From: Chiloscyllium plagiosum
Lineage: Eukaryota
Assembly (NCBI RefSeq): GCF_004010195.1
Contig: NC_057750.1
Coordinates: 13,036,958 to 13,056,957, forward strand
Direction: 5' to 3'
Length of the DNA: 20,000 nucleotides
Made by a program: the position numbers and the translations under genes. The first letter of the stretch is position 1, and each line of letters starts with the position of its first letter. A model generated the notes under the pieces. That model worked only from the letters and a program-made list of their open reading frames with translations, did no database searches and was not told the DNA's origin. Positions 1-9,379 of this stretch are shown here, piece after piece.

Positions 1-320
1 AGCAGAGTGGTAATGTCCCTGAACTAGTCACACACAGATCCCAGTAGTTCCAAGGGAGATTTGGTTAATAAATCTGGAGTATAAACCTTGTCTCCACAAT
101 TGTAATCATATCAATTCTTGTAAAAACCCAATTGGAAGGAAATCTGCCATCCTTACCTGATCCAGTCTACATTTGATTCCAGACCCATAGCATTGTGGTT
201 CACTCTTTACTGCCCTCTGACTTGGAAGTCACTCAGTTCAAGGGGCAATTGGGGATGGGCAACAAACACTCGCCCTGCCAGTGACACCCACATCCCATGG
301 AAGAATAAAGGAAAATAAAT
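1..320 (+). mobile_element. tRNA-headed SINE, family 'B' (my label), near full length
   Basis: Head AGTGGTAATGTCCCTGAACTAG, core GGAAGGAAATCTGCCATCCTTACCTG...ACATTTGATTCCAGACCC, tail CAGTTCAAGGGGCAATTGGGGATGGGC plus A-rich end. The same blocks recur throughout the window. Confidence 0.8.
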
Positions 321-537
321 AATAGTTTACACTCATAGTAAGCCCCTGTTTAGTGACGAGCACAAACTGGGGTCAGTTCAAAATGGAATAAAGTCAATTA
401 TTAGAAGTAATGTACAGGTCATAATTAGTGACCTTCTCCCGATTAGGAAAAGACTAAGATGCATTTTGAGTAATTGGTTAAAAAAATTAGATTCGAACCA
501 GGAAATAGGTCCCATATCAATGGGCCGAATTTGATTT

Positions 538-897
538 CCATCACGCAAACCAGCCTCCCACCCACTGACTCCCACTGCCTTGAGAAGGCAGCCAACATCA
601 TCAAAGACCCCTTCCCACCCCGGTTAGACTCTCTTCCACCAGGAAGATACAAAAGCTTAGACACGCGTAGCAACAGCTTCCTCCCCCCCCCGTTATGAGA
701 TTGCTGAGCGGGCCTCTCAAATTTCAAACTGAATGTTGATCTTGCTTTTGTGCACCTTCTGCAACTTTGTATGCAACGCTAGGTTCAATCAGCCAGCGAT
801 CTCTGTGTGGTATGATCTGCCTGGTCAGCTCGCAAAACAAAACTTTTCACTGTGCTTCGCTACATGTGACAACAACAAATCAATCAAAATCAAATCC
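538..897 (+). mobile_element. Rex1/Babar-type LINE 3' fragment
   Basis: Translation CLEKAANIIKDPFPP...LPPGRYKSLDTRSNSF resembles the Rex1/Babar ORF C-terminus (IIKDPSHP..LPSGRRYRS..TRT.R..NSF). Ends in a (CAAAT)-like tail AACAAATCAATCAAAATCAAATC. Confidence 0.8.
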
Positions 898-999
898 ACT
901 CCTGCTGCTATATTTCTGTACAGATGAGCTGTGAAAAGATGATGCTGGGAAAAAATGTTGAGTTCCACAATGACGATTTGGTTCAGGAGGGAGTGCTTG

Positions 1000-1275
1000 G
1001 GGTAGCACGGTGGCTCAATGGTTAGTGCTGCTGCCTCACGGCACTAGGGTCTCAGGTTCGATTCCAGCCTCGGGCGACTGTTTGTGTGGCATTTGCATGT
1101 TTTCCCTGTGTCTGTGCTCCACATTCCAAAGATGTGCAGGTTAGAGTGGATTGGCCATGCTGAATTGTCCATAGCTTTTAGGAGCATTAGTCAGAGGGGG
1201 GTGGGTTACTGTTCGGAGGGTCAGTTGTTGGGCCGAAGGGCCTGTTTCCTCACTGTAGGGAATCTAATCTAATCT
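1000..1275 (+). mobile_element. HE1-like V-SINE
   Basis: Pol III A box TGGCTCAATGG, B box GGTTCGATTCC, V-domain-like CCAAAGATGTGCAGGTTAG, CR1-shared tail GGGCCGAAGGGCCTGTTTCC and (AATCT)n end. Confidence 0.9.
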
Positions 1276-1512
1276 TAGTTAAGGACATCAACTGGACTCG
1301 GTGGCTGGGAGAGCAAATGGGGAGCTGGTGGTGTGATGCTAATGTCATTAAATAAATAACCCAGAGGCCCCGGTTAATGCTCTGGGAAGGTGGGTTTGAA
1401 TCCCTTCTGGCAGCTGGTGGGAAATTTGATTTCAATTTTTTTTAAAAATCTGGGAATTAAAAAGCTAACATGCTGTCGACCAGTTCAGTTCTGAGGAAGG
1501 GTCGCGAAACAT

Positions 1513-1734
1513 TCAGAGCTGAAAATGTGTTGCTGGAAAAGCGCAGCAGGTCAGGCAGCATCCAGGGAACAGGAGAATCGACGTTTCGGGCATAAGCCCT
1601 TCGTCATTCCTGAAGAAGGGCTTATGCCCGAAACGTCGATTCTCCTGTTCCCTGGATGCTGCCTGACCTGCTGCGCTTTTCCAGCAACACATTTTCAGCT
1701 CTGATCTCCAGCATCTGCAGACCTCACTTTCTCC
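1513..1734 (+). mobile_element. Non-autonomous PLE-derived fold-back element
   Basis: Inverted arms 1513-1606 and 1611-1704 (94 bp, 1 mismatch, 4-nt loop), 3' extension TCTCCAGCATCTGCAGACCTCACTTTCTCC, and 14-bp direct repeat TCGCGAAACATTCA at 1502-1515 and 1735-1748. Confidence 0.85.
1606..1641 (+). ncRNA. Minimal type I hammerhead ribozyme motif (PLE type), intact core
   Basis: CTGAAGA (1610-1616), extra A, stem II GGGC/TTAT/GCCC, GAAA (1630-1633), CG, TC (1636-1637). Helix III is reduced to palindromic ACGT and helix I is weak. Activity not shown. Confidence 0.7.
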
Positions 1735-1977
1735 TCGCGAAACATTCAATCTGCTTTCTCTCCACAGATGCTCCCAGACTTGCTGAGCTTTTCCAGCCAT
1801 TGCTGCTTTTGTTTCTGACGTCAATCATGTTGGTTGGTGTTACAAACCTATCTGGTTCATTGACACTCCCTCAGGGGAGGAAATAGACCATAACATTTCA
1901 AAGATTTGAAATATTAAGTAGGTCAGACTCATTAGCCCAATCCCTACATTGCTATTCTCCATAGCTTTAATAGGGGA

Positions 1978-2634
1978 ATTAGTGATGCTAGTCATTGTGG
2001 TCTAGTCACTGAACTAGCCAACAACTAACACTTTGGCGATCTCGGTTCAAATCCCACGAGTGGAGTTTAATTTATTTTTTGTTAGAACATGCCAAATTAT
2101 AAGTGACCATGAAAATAGCATTGACTAAAAACCCATTGAGTTTACTAATGCCCTTGAGGGAGGGAAATCTGCCTTCCTTACCCAGTCTGGCCTACACATG
2201 ACCCCATGAGATATAGAAGCAGAATTAGGCCATTCAGCCCATCAAGTCTGCTCCATCATTCATAGGGTCATAGAGATGTACAGCATGGAAACAGACCCTT
2301 CGGTCCAACCCATCCATGCTGACCAGGTATCCCAACCCGATCTAGTCCCACCTGCCAGCACCCGGTTCAATTATGACTCAGATGTTTTTCAATTCCATTC
2401 TCCCTGTAACCCTTGATTCCCTTACAAAACAAGAACCAGTCTATCTCTGTCCTAAAGACACCCAATGACTTGGCTTCCACAGCCTTCTGCGGCAATGTGT
2501 TCTAAACTGCCATCCTAAACCAGTCTGATCTATATGTGACTCCAGGCCCTCAGCAATGTCCCCAAGGCATAGTCAATAATCACTGAGTGAGTTGGTGACT
2601 CCCCCATCCTGTGAATGAATTAATTTAAAAAAAA
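1978..2634 (+). mobile_element. SINE family B copy (~1978-2203, ~2505-2634) interrupted by CR1 tails
   Basis: GTCACTGAACTAG head, GGTTCAAATCCC B box, GGGAAATCTGCCTTCCTTACCCAGTCTGGCCTACA core. Resumes with CAGTCTGATCTATATGTGACTCCAGGCCC and ends in poly-A. Confidence 0.7.
2204..2502 (-). mobile_element. Two nested CR1 3'-UTR fragments (HER1-like tail ~2261-2365 inside another CR1 tail)
   Basis: GCAGAATTAGGCCATTCAGCCCATC is the reverse complement of the tail near 9730-9745. CATAGAGATGTACAGCATGGAAACAGACCCTTCGGTCC is the reverse complement of the tail near 16095-16130. Confidence 0.8.
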
Positions 2635-2814
2635 AGGCAGGCAGGGTTCTCTGATTCTACCCGGCAACCCCGCTGAGATTTTGATTGGCTGTGAGTCAGA
2701 TTTGAGTTTGATTCCAATAGATCACACATCTTCCCCAAATCTTTTGTCCCTCTTTGGCCAGTAGCCACATGGGAACATCTGTTCACCCCTAAGCTACGGA
2801 TCATCCTGACTGAG

Positions 2815-2941
2815 AGCGCTATTGCTGTTCCTTCAGTGTGGCTGGGTCAAAATCCTGGAACACCTCCCCCGAGGAGGCGTCTCTATGCCAACATGGACTG
2901 CAGCAGTTCAAGAAGGCAGCTCTCCCCCATCTTCTCAAGGA
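2815..2941 (+). mobile_element. CR1/L2-group LINE ORF2 C-terminal fragment
   Basis: One frame reads SFSVAGSKSWNTSP...HGLQQFKKAALPHLLK, matching the F...WN.LP...FK..L pattern at the end of CR1/L2 ORF2. Confidence 0.65.
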
Positions 2942-2991
2942 CCAGACATCCTGGTCTTCTCTTTGACAACTGGGTCCCTAAACAAGAATAA

Positions 2992-3290
2992 GGAACATGG
3001 TGGCTTGGTGGTTAGCACTGCTGCCTCACAGCGCCAGGGACCTGGGTTCAATTCCAGTCTCAGGTGACTGTCTGTGTGGGTTTCCTCCAGGTGCTCTGGT
3101 TTCCTCCCATAGTCCAAAGAAATGCAGGATTTAGGTGTGGCCATGCTGAATTGCCCATATTGTCTCGGGGTGTGCAGGTTGGGTGGATTAGCCATGGGAA
3201 CTGTAGGGGTGTGGGTCTGGATTGGATACTTTTCAGAGAGTTGGTGTGGACTTGATGGGCTGAATGGCCTGCTTTCACAGGGTAAGGGTT
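2992..3290 (+). mobile_element. HE1-like V-SINE
   Basis: GGTTAGCACTGCTGCCTCACAGCGCCAGGGACCTGGGTTCAATTCC head, GGTTTCCTCCAGGTGCTCTGGTTTCCTCCC V-domain, GGGCTGAATGGCCTG tail. Confidence 0.9.
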
Positions 3291-3527
3291 CGACACACTC
3301 TCTGGGTTGGGATGCTCACTTTTGCGTGTGTAGGTGGAGAGATAGGGAGATGTACAACAGGACCTGGGACAAAGCCATAGCCATTTTTCATTGTCCAACC
3401 AACTGATGGGCCAAAGGACCTTTCTGGCTTGCCTATGATGAGGTTAAGTCAGGATTGGGGGCGGGAAAGCCCAGTTGGCCGGTTGGCAATGCAAAGGGAC
3501 ATCAACAGCCTAGGTTCAATTTCCACA

Positions 3528-3652
3528 CCATAGAACACAGAACAGAACAGCAGAGTCAGGCCCTTCGGCCCTCGATGTTGTGCCAGCCTTTTATCTTACT
3601 CTCAGATCAAACTACCTACATACCCTTCAATTTACTATCACCCAAGTGCCTA
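3528..3652 (-). mobile_element. CR1 3'-UTR fragment
   Basis: CATAGAACACAGAACAG repeat followed by CAGGCCCTTCGGCCC, the reverse complement of the CR1/HE1 terminal stem-loop. Confidence 0.65.
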
Positions 3653-4294
3653 TAACAAGAGACCTGATGAGGGGCTCAATCATGCCCCTCACCCGAGGCA
3701 TAGTGACCCTCAGGTTAAACCTCTCTCCGTGCTCTGTCATCCCTCTGTAACAGGGAGCCAGCCTTTGGCCTCAGTGGCCTGTGTCCACTTTACAACACTC
3801 CCGAGATTCCAAAGCCCATTGAGGGTTAACATCGAGCAGCCAATCCGATTCCGGCCGGTAAGCTTCCTCCGGCTTAACCTTATTATTTCGAGTTCCTCGT
3901 GGCGAGGAGGGGAAAGAGAAAGCACTCAGACTAAATCAATGGCCTACCACATACATTTCCAATTCAGAGAGGTAATGGCTGCCCTATTAGAGCTTCAAAC
4001 AATCAGAATACCAGGGCTCAAATTGAGATCTGATTACAAAAGCTGTTGATCTGTTCTCATTTCCATATGCAGCCATCCTCGGGACAAGTCCATGGATTTG
4101 CAGAGGGGAATGTAGGCAGTCTGGTTTTGATTCAGGCTACGATGGTGCGGAGTTCGGATGGGGGGATGGGCCCTGTACACCTACGTACGCCCTTAGAAAC
4201 CATTCAAGGTATAAAATCTCAGCATTAGAGTCTTTTGCCTCCTCCTGCCCTCTCCCAACTCTGCAGAATCTAGCTATACAGTGATTAGCTTTAT

Positions 4295-4407
4295 GATTCT
4301 TGATGCCCGAAACGTCGATTCTCCTGCTCCTCGGACGCTGCCTTGACCGGCTGTGCTTTTCCAGCACCACACTCTGAACTCCAGCACCTACAGTCCTCAC
4401 TTTCTCC
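4295..4407 (+). mobile_element. PLE-derived element, single arm, hammerhead internally deleted
   Basis: GATTCTTGATG[deletion]CCCGAAACGTCGATTCTCCTGCTCCTCGG...CAGTCCTCACTTTCTCC; same family as 1513-1734. Confidence 0.85.
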
Positions 4408-4424
4408 GTATGGTGACAACTTAG

Positions 4425-4835
4425 ATTCCAGGAAGTTTACTCGGTTGATTCCGGAGTTGGGAGGGTTGGGCTTTTGTGGACAGACTGACTAGACCGAGAC
4501 TATACTCACTGGAATTGAGAAGAATGAGGGGAGAATTTCATGGAAACATGCAAAATTATGAAGGGAATAGAAGCAGGGGGGCTGTTTGCACCAGTGGGTG
4601 GAACTATAACTAAGGGGCATAGACTGAAAATAAGGGGGGAGCAGATCTAGGACTGAGTTAAGGAGAAACCTCTTCACCAAAGGGTTGTGGATCTGTGGGA
4701 TTCCCCGCCCAGTTGGGGTTACCTCATTGAAAGTCTTTAAGGCCAAGACAGATTTTTGAACTGTAAAGGAATTAAGGGGTATGGTGAGAGGGTGGGTAAA
4801 TGGAGCTGAGGCCGCAAAGAGGTCAGCCATGATCT
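4425..4835 (+). mobile_element. CR1 LINE ORF2 3' fragment (decayed)
   Basis: Frames give LYSLELRRMRG and TKGHRLKIRG...RTELRRNLFT...VDLWDSP, typical CR1 ORF2 C-terminal motifs. Confidence 0.85.
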
Positions 4836-5033
4836 TTCCCCTCTCACTCTAAACCTCCAGTTCTGGACTCCCCCAAACCTCAGGGGAAAGACCTTGCCTA
4901 TTTACCCTATCCATGCCCCTCATGATTTTATAAACCCCTCTATCAGGTCACCCCTCAGCCTCCGACGCTTCAGGGAAAACAGCCCCAGCCTGTTCAGCCT
5001 CTCCCTGTAGCTCAGATCGTCCAACCCTGGCAA
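4832..5033 (-). mobile_element. Internal CR1 ORF2 fragment, near-identical to 6674-6873
   Basis: Direct comparison shows 6 substitutions and one 2-bp indel over ~200 bp. Confidence 0.85.
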
Positions 5034-5034
5034 G

Positions 5035-5385
5035 GTGATGATGCAGTGATAATGTCACTGAGCCCATAAGCCTCAGGTTAGTGGTCAAGGGGCATGGGTT
5101 CAAAGCAGATGGTTAACATTTGAGTTCAATTGTTTTAAAAAATCTGGAATGAGGAAATCCAGTCAAATGGTGACAATGTCGATAGTTGTTTAAAAGCCCA
5201 TCTGGTTCACTAATGCCCTTGAGGGAAGGGAATGTGCTGCTTAAAACACAAGCGATTCACAGCAATGCACTTTACTCTTAACTAGCCTCAGCAATAGCTA
5301 TGCAAGCCATTCGGTTCAGGGACAATCGGGGATGAGCAGTAAATACCGGTCTAGCCCAGTGACACCTCCAGCCTGGAAATAAATA
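5035..5385 (+). mobile_element. SINE family B copy
   Basis: AATGTCACTGAG head, GGGTTCAAA B box, CCCATCTGGTTCACTAATGCCCTTGAGGGAAGG core, CTAGCCCAGTGACAC tail. Confidence 0.75.
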
Positions 5386-5521
5386 TTCTCATGACATCTA
5401 CTTTGCAACTCTTTATGTTGTTCCCTTGGAGACTGACACCAGCCTGCACCCCAATGTGTTCCAGATCCATAATAATTCTCTACTTAAGGGTGTAACTCCA
5501 AGGTCAGGCTGAGCAGTGCAG

Positions 5522-5990
5522 GCTGGTGGAGTCATGGTCGTGTCACTGGGCTGGTCCTCCGAAGGTACAGACTGATGTTATGGGTTCAAATCCCATCAGG
5601 GTGTAGAGATGTACAGGCTAGGAAACAGACCCTTCAGTCTGACTCCATCCTAAACTAATGTAGATCCGTTTGGCCCATATCCCTCTGGACCCTTCCTATT
5701 CCTATACCCATCCAGATCCCTTGGGAATGTTGTAATTGTACCAGCCTCCATTTCCTCTGACCTGGTGAAATTTGAACTCAGTTGATTAAATCTGAATATT
5801 AGATTTGGTAAATGGTGACCAAACCGTTGTCGCAAGTTGTAAAAACCTAGTTGATTCACCAATATCCTTTCAGGAGGGAATGATTGCCATCCTTACCTGG
5901 TCTGGTGTGTCTGTGGCTGCTGACACACAGCCGTGTGATTGATTCTGAACTGCCCTCTGAAATGGCTGAGAAAGCCACTCGGTTCAATTA
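5522..5990 (+). mobile_element. SINE family B copy with a minus-strand CR1 tail inserted at ~5603-5760
   Basis: Head GTGTCACTGGGCTGG...GGGTTCAAATCCC; then TAGAGATGTACAGG...CCAGCCTCCATTTCCTCTG (CR1 tail, reverse); then CTGGTGAAATTTGAACTCA...GCCATCCTTACCTGGTCTGG. Confidence 0.75.
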
Positions 5991-6217
5991 CTTTCAAGAG
6001 CTGTTGCGTTTTCTGTTTCAAATTGTGGGGTTACTGGCCTGTACAGGTTCCACAGGGGGTCAGTTTAGCTCAGCTGGCTGGATGGTTTGCAAAGCAGCGT
6101 GACGCTAACAGCCTGGGATTGATTCCCATCACCGACTGAGATTACTGTGAAGGGCTCCCCTTCTCAACCTCACCCCTTGTCTGAGATGAGATGACCCTCA
6201 AGTTAAGTCCCCACCAG

Positions 6218-6893
6218 TCATAGAGTTGGAAAGCACAGAAACAGACCCTTCAGTGCAACTTGTCTATGCGTTGCTGGAAAAGCGCAGCAGGTCAGGCAGC
6301 ATCCAAGGAGCAGGAGAATCGCGTTTCGGGCATGAGCCCTTCTTCAGGAAGGCCTTTCCTGAAGAAGGGCACATGCCCGCAATGTCGATTCTCCTGCTCC
6401 TTGGATGCTGCCTGACCTGCTGCGCTTTTCCAGCAACGCATTGTCAGCTCTGATCTCCAGCATCTGCAGTCCTCACTTTCTCCTACAACTTGTCTATGCT
6501 GACCATCCTAAATTAATGTAGGCCCATATCCCTCTAAACCCTTCCTATTCATATGCACATCCAGATGCCTTTTAAATGCTGTAATTGTTCCAGCCTCCAC
6601 CACTTCCTCTGGCAGCTCATTCCATACACGTACCACCCTCTGTGTGAAAACATTGCCATTAGGTCCCTTTTATATCTTTCCCCTCTCACTCTAAACCTCC
6701 AGTTCCGGACTCCCCCAAACCTCAGGGAAAAGACCTTGTCTATTTACCCTATCCATGCCCCTCATGATTTTATAAACCTCTATCAGGTCACCCCTCAGCC
6801 TCCGACGTTTCAGGGAAAACAGCCCCAGCCTATTCAGCCTCTCCCTGTAGCTCAGATCCTCCAACCCTGGCAACATCCTTGTAAATCTTTCAT
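6218..6893 (-). mobile_element. HER1-like CR1 LINE 3' end
   Basis: Minus-strand ORF RFTRMLPGLEDLSYRERLNRLGLFSLKRRRLRGDLIEVYKIMRGMDRVN is classic CR1 ORF2. The 3' tail is at ~6218-6255. Confidence 0.92.
6270..6485 (+). mobile_element. PLE-derived fold-back element
   Basis: Inverted arms ~6266-6350 and ~6356-6441, same 3' extension, perfect 14-bp TSD CAACTTGTCTATGC at 6256-6269 and 6486-6499. Both hammerhead cores are mutated. Confidence 0.88.
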
Positions 6894-6944
6894 CTCTCTC
6901 GAATGGGACAGCGACTCTATGATACAGTAAGACTGTGGCGACTT

Positions 6945-7093
6945 CGATAAAATATGGAGCTGGAAAGGCACAGCAGCTCAGGACTGGAACTGTTGATTCT
7001 CCTGCTCCTCCGACGCTGCCTGACCTGTTGTGCCTTTCCAACCCCACAGTTAATCGACTCTGACTTCCAACATCTGCAGTCCTCACCGTCTCC
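6945..7093 (+). mobile_element. PLE-derived fold-back element, short and diverged
   Basis: GCTGGAAAGGCACAGCAG versus CTGTTGTGCCTTTCCAAC inverted arms. 16-bp TSD AAGACTGTGG(C/T)GACTT at 6929-6944 and 7094-7109. Confidence 0.8.
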
Positions 7094-7517
7094 AAGACTG
7101 TGGTGACTTGACTTGATTAGATCACACATCCCATGGAAAGATCAATAAACTCCCCTCTGTTGCTTTTCGCAAATTTTTTTCTGGATGTATCATCCTGCCG
7201 GGTTCGGCCTACTACTCACTGAAAGCCTCGCCTGACTTTTGCATCTACCCTCAGCCTAAGAAATAATTTCACACCTGCAAAGGTGTTACATATATTTTTC
7301 TCTGCTCTGCTCATTCACCTGACCCAATTTGGGTCTCAAGTGTTCCTCTAATTCTGACTGAGCAGTGCAGGAAAAGTCAGCCTCAGTGAGCCTCACGCTT
7401 GGAGCTTAAGTGTCTTGACCCAGAGTACCAACACTCTATTCAGATTGGCACACATTACATTGGCATGGTAGCATTTGCTAATCGCCATCTTGCTGAGGGG
7501 AGCAGTAGTTCAGTTGT

Positions 7518-7795
7518 TTAGATTACGTTCCCTACCGGTGTGGAAACAGGCCCTTCGGCCCAACTAGTCCGCACCGACCCTTCGAAGAGTAACCCACCCA
7601 GACCCATTCCCCTACACCTAACACGACCAGCAATTTAGCATGGTCAATTCATCTAACCTGCACATTTTTGGACTGTGGGAGGAATCTCACACAGACACAG
7701 AGATAATGTGCAAACTCCACACAGACAGTCACCCGAGGCTGGAATCGAACCCGGGTCCCTGGCGCTGTGAGGCAGCAGTGCTAACCACTGAGCCA
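7518..7795 (-). mobile_element. HE1-like V-SINE
   Basis: GGAAACAGGCCCTTCGGCCC ... GGAATCGAACCCGGGTCCCTGGCGCTGTGAGGCAGCAGTGCTAACCACTGAGCCA is the reverse complement of the HE1-like consensus. Confidence 0.9.
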
Positions 7796-8404
7796 ATAGT
7801 ATGCAGGACACGAGCATTCCAGTATCACCTTTTTTATCTCATCGTAACAGAAGACCAGCATATTGGCAAAACCTGAGCCAACGTTCACTTCAACCCAACT
7901 GTTACAAATAACATTTTCTTGTGCGTTGCTGCAGTCTGAATCCCAGAATGAGTTGATTGAAACCTTCAATGGCCCCACAGGCAGATTTATCGTGTTTTAC
8001 TTTTCTATGTCTGCACTATTTTGGGAAGCACTTTGAATCACAATAAAAAAAACATGGACCGCGGCTACTTTAAATAAGGAGAAGACAAAATATTCTTGTC
8101 TCAACCTATTGCATGCAACCGGGTCCTGCAAATCTCTGCTCCATACACAATACCTTCCGGCACACACACATGAAGGGGAAGGGAGGTTTGGGAGCAAGTT
8201 GTTGCTGACAATGCCAGCCCAGGTCTCAGATGGAGTGGGGGTTTATTCCAGTCGCCTGGGGCCTGACTGCAGTGGGGCTCAGTGCCATGTCAGGAGGTCA
8301 CTTCACTGTGAACCTGCAATACCCTCATGGGGCCCTCGCCTCCAACCCACTGCCCCATGAGAATGAACTCTCACACCCCACTCATCCACATACCATTTGC
8401 CAGG

Positions 8405-8564
8405 GCATCCATCCATCCATCTATCTGTTTATCCTTTATCATTCTTTCTGTCTGTCTGTCTGTCTGTCTGTCTACCTACCTATCTATCCTTGTATCTATC
8501 TATCTAGTTGTCCTTTATCATTCTTTCTGCCTATCCACCTATCTATCATTTATCGTTCTTTCAG

Positions 8565-8625
<61 letters not shown>

Positions 8626-8660
8626 TTATCTATCTATCCATCTATCTATCTTTCTATGTC
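8405..8660. repeat. Compound tetranucleotide microsatellite (TCCA/TCTG/TCTA)
   Basis: Perfect (TCTA)15 at 8565-8624 with degenerate flanks. Confidence 0.97.
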
Positions 8661-9379
8661 TCACTGGTGTTACCCTTCACCCAGACTGACATCATTCCAA
8701 TCTGTGTATTATTGACAGATTCCCCAGCACAGGACCTTGTGGTGATGTCAGAGATTGAAAGCCATGGTTTCATTCAGTTTTAGCTGGGAATTCTAATCCC
8801 TGTGTGTCATTGGCCAGAGGTAATGGTGATCCCACTGCCACGTGACTTCCAGTTGAAGCTGGGGCGTACTCACTGGGGGCAGTGAGTAATCACAATCAGT
8901 AACCATGAGATTACTGACATCTGTAACTCATACACCTCGATAGCAAATCAAACCAGGTGGAAGAGGCGATGAGGATGTCTACTCATTGGGAACAGATTGC
9001 ATCCCATGGATTTAAACATTTCACTGGCTTGGCAGGCATGACATTGCAATTTTCAATAAGAATAAAATACAGATTCCAACAATTAAACAAAGAGATGTTT
9101 GAAACATTGAGATAAGTGATATCAGGCTCAGCAAACAAGCAGAATGTCTTCAGTTTTGTATCTAATGACAATGTCAAGTGCGAAAGGGTCAGGTGTCAGA
9201 CCGAGAGAGTGCGGGATTTCCCTGTTCTGTCTCCCAGTAATTCACTGAACATGTCACTCGACACTCTATCCATTGGAATTCTTTAGCAACCAGAATTTCT
9301 GGCAGTCAGATTGTTTTTAAAAGCCTTTCAGTGTTCAAATGATGCATTCTTTAAAACAAAACAATTGTAACAAAGCAGA

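Larger units (their letters stand above)
1485..1819 (+). mobile_element. Older Penelope-like element end with degenerate hammerhead core; host of the 1516-1734 insertion
   Basis: Removing the insertion gives CTGAGGAAGGGTCGCGAAACATTCAATCTGCTTTCTCTCCACAGATGCTCCCAGACTTGCTGAGCTTTTCCAGC, alignable by eye to the younger family (GAAACGTCGATTCTCC...GATGCTGCCTGACCTGCTGCGCTTTTCCAGC). Confidence 0.7.
1325..1885 (+). mobile_element. SINE family B copy split by PLE insertions (pieces ~1325-1470 and ~1830-1885)
   Basis: Head with B-box-like GGGTTTGAATCCC and AAATCTGGGAATTAAAAAGCTA. Resumes after 1830 with ACCTATCTGGTTCATTGAC...GGGAGGAAAT. Confidence 0.7.
6055..7115 (+). mobile_element. tRNA-headed SINE family 'C' (my label), split into ~6055-6220, ~6891-6944 and ~7094-7115
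   Basis: A-box-like TAGCTCAGCTGG and B-box-like GGATTGATTCCC. Its block GACCCTCAAGTTAA also appears near 3705-3720. Resumes with CATCTCTCTC after the CR1 insertion. Confidence 0.6.

Noticed and set aside
1000..1070. tRNA genes at A-box/B-box sites
   Set aside because: Each continues into SINE body sequence and lacks a convincing cloverleaf; these are SINE heads.
1513..1704. miRNA precursor or DNA-transposon MITE
   Set aside because: The repeat is asymmetric with a constant one-sided 3' extension, TSDs are 14-16 bp and variable, single-arm copies exist, and it has a hammerhead core. All of this fits a PLE retroelement end.
3663..3690. CTGATGA followed by a hairpin (TGAGGGGC-N8-GCCCCTCA) as a hammerhead
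   Set aside because: No GAAA box or UH site after the stem; the 3' arm belongs to a SINE C fragment.
2718..7130. 13-bp exact match TAGATCACACATC at ~2718 and ~7118
   Set aside because: A few matches of this length are expected by chance in 20 kb, and the flanks do not align.
7350..7510. Possible DeuSINE/SacSINE1 head remnant and YY1/CTCF-like motifs (CGCCATCTTG...AGGGGGAGC)
   Set aside because: Similarity is too weak or short to support without an alignment or PWM scan.
8230..8783. Long overlapping ORFs (161, 120 and 91 aa)
   Set aside because: Stop-free frames through the (TCTA)n microsatellite produce the SIYL repeats.
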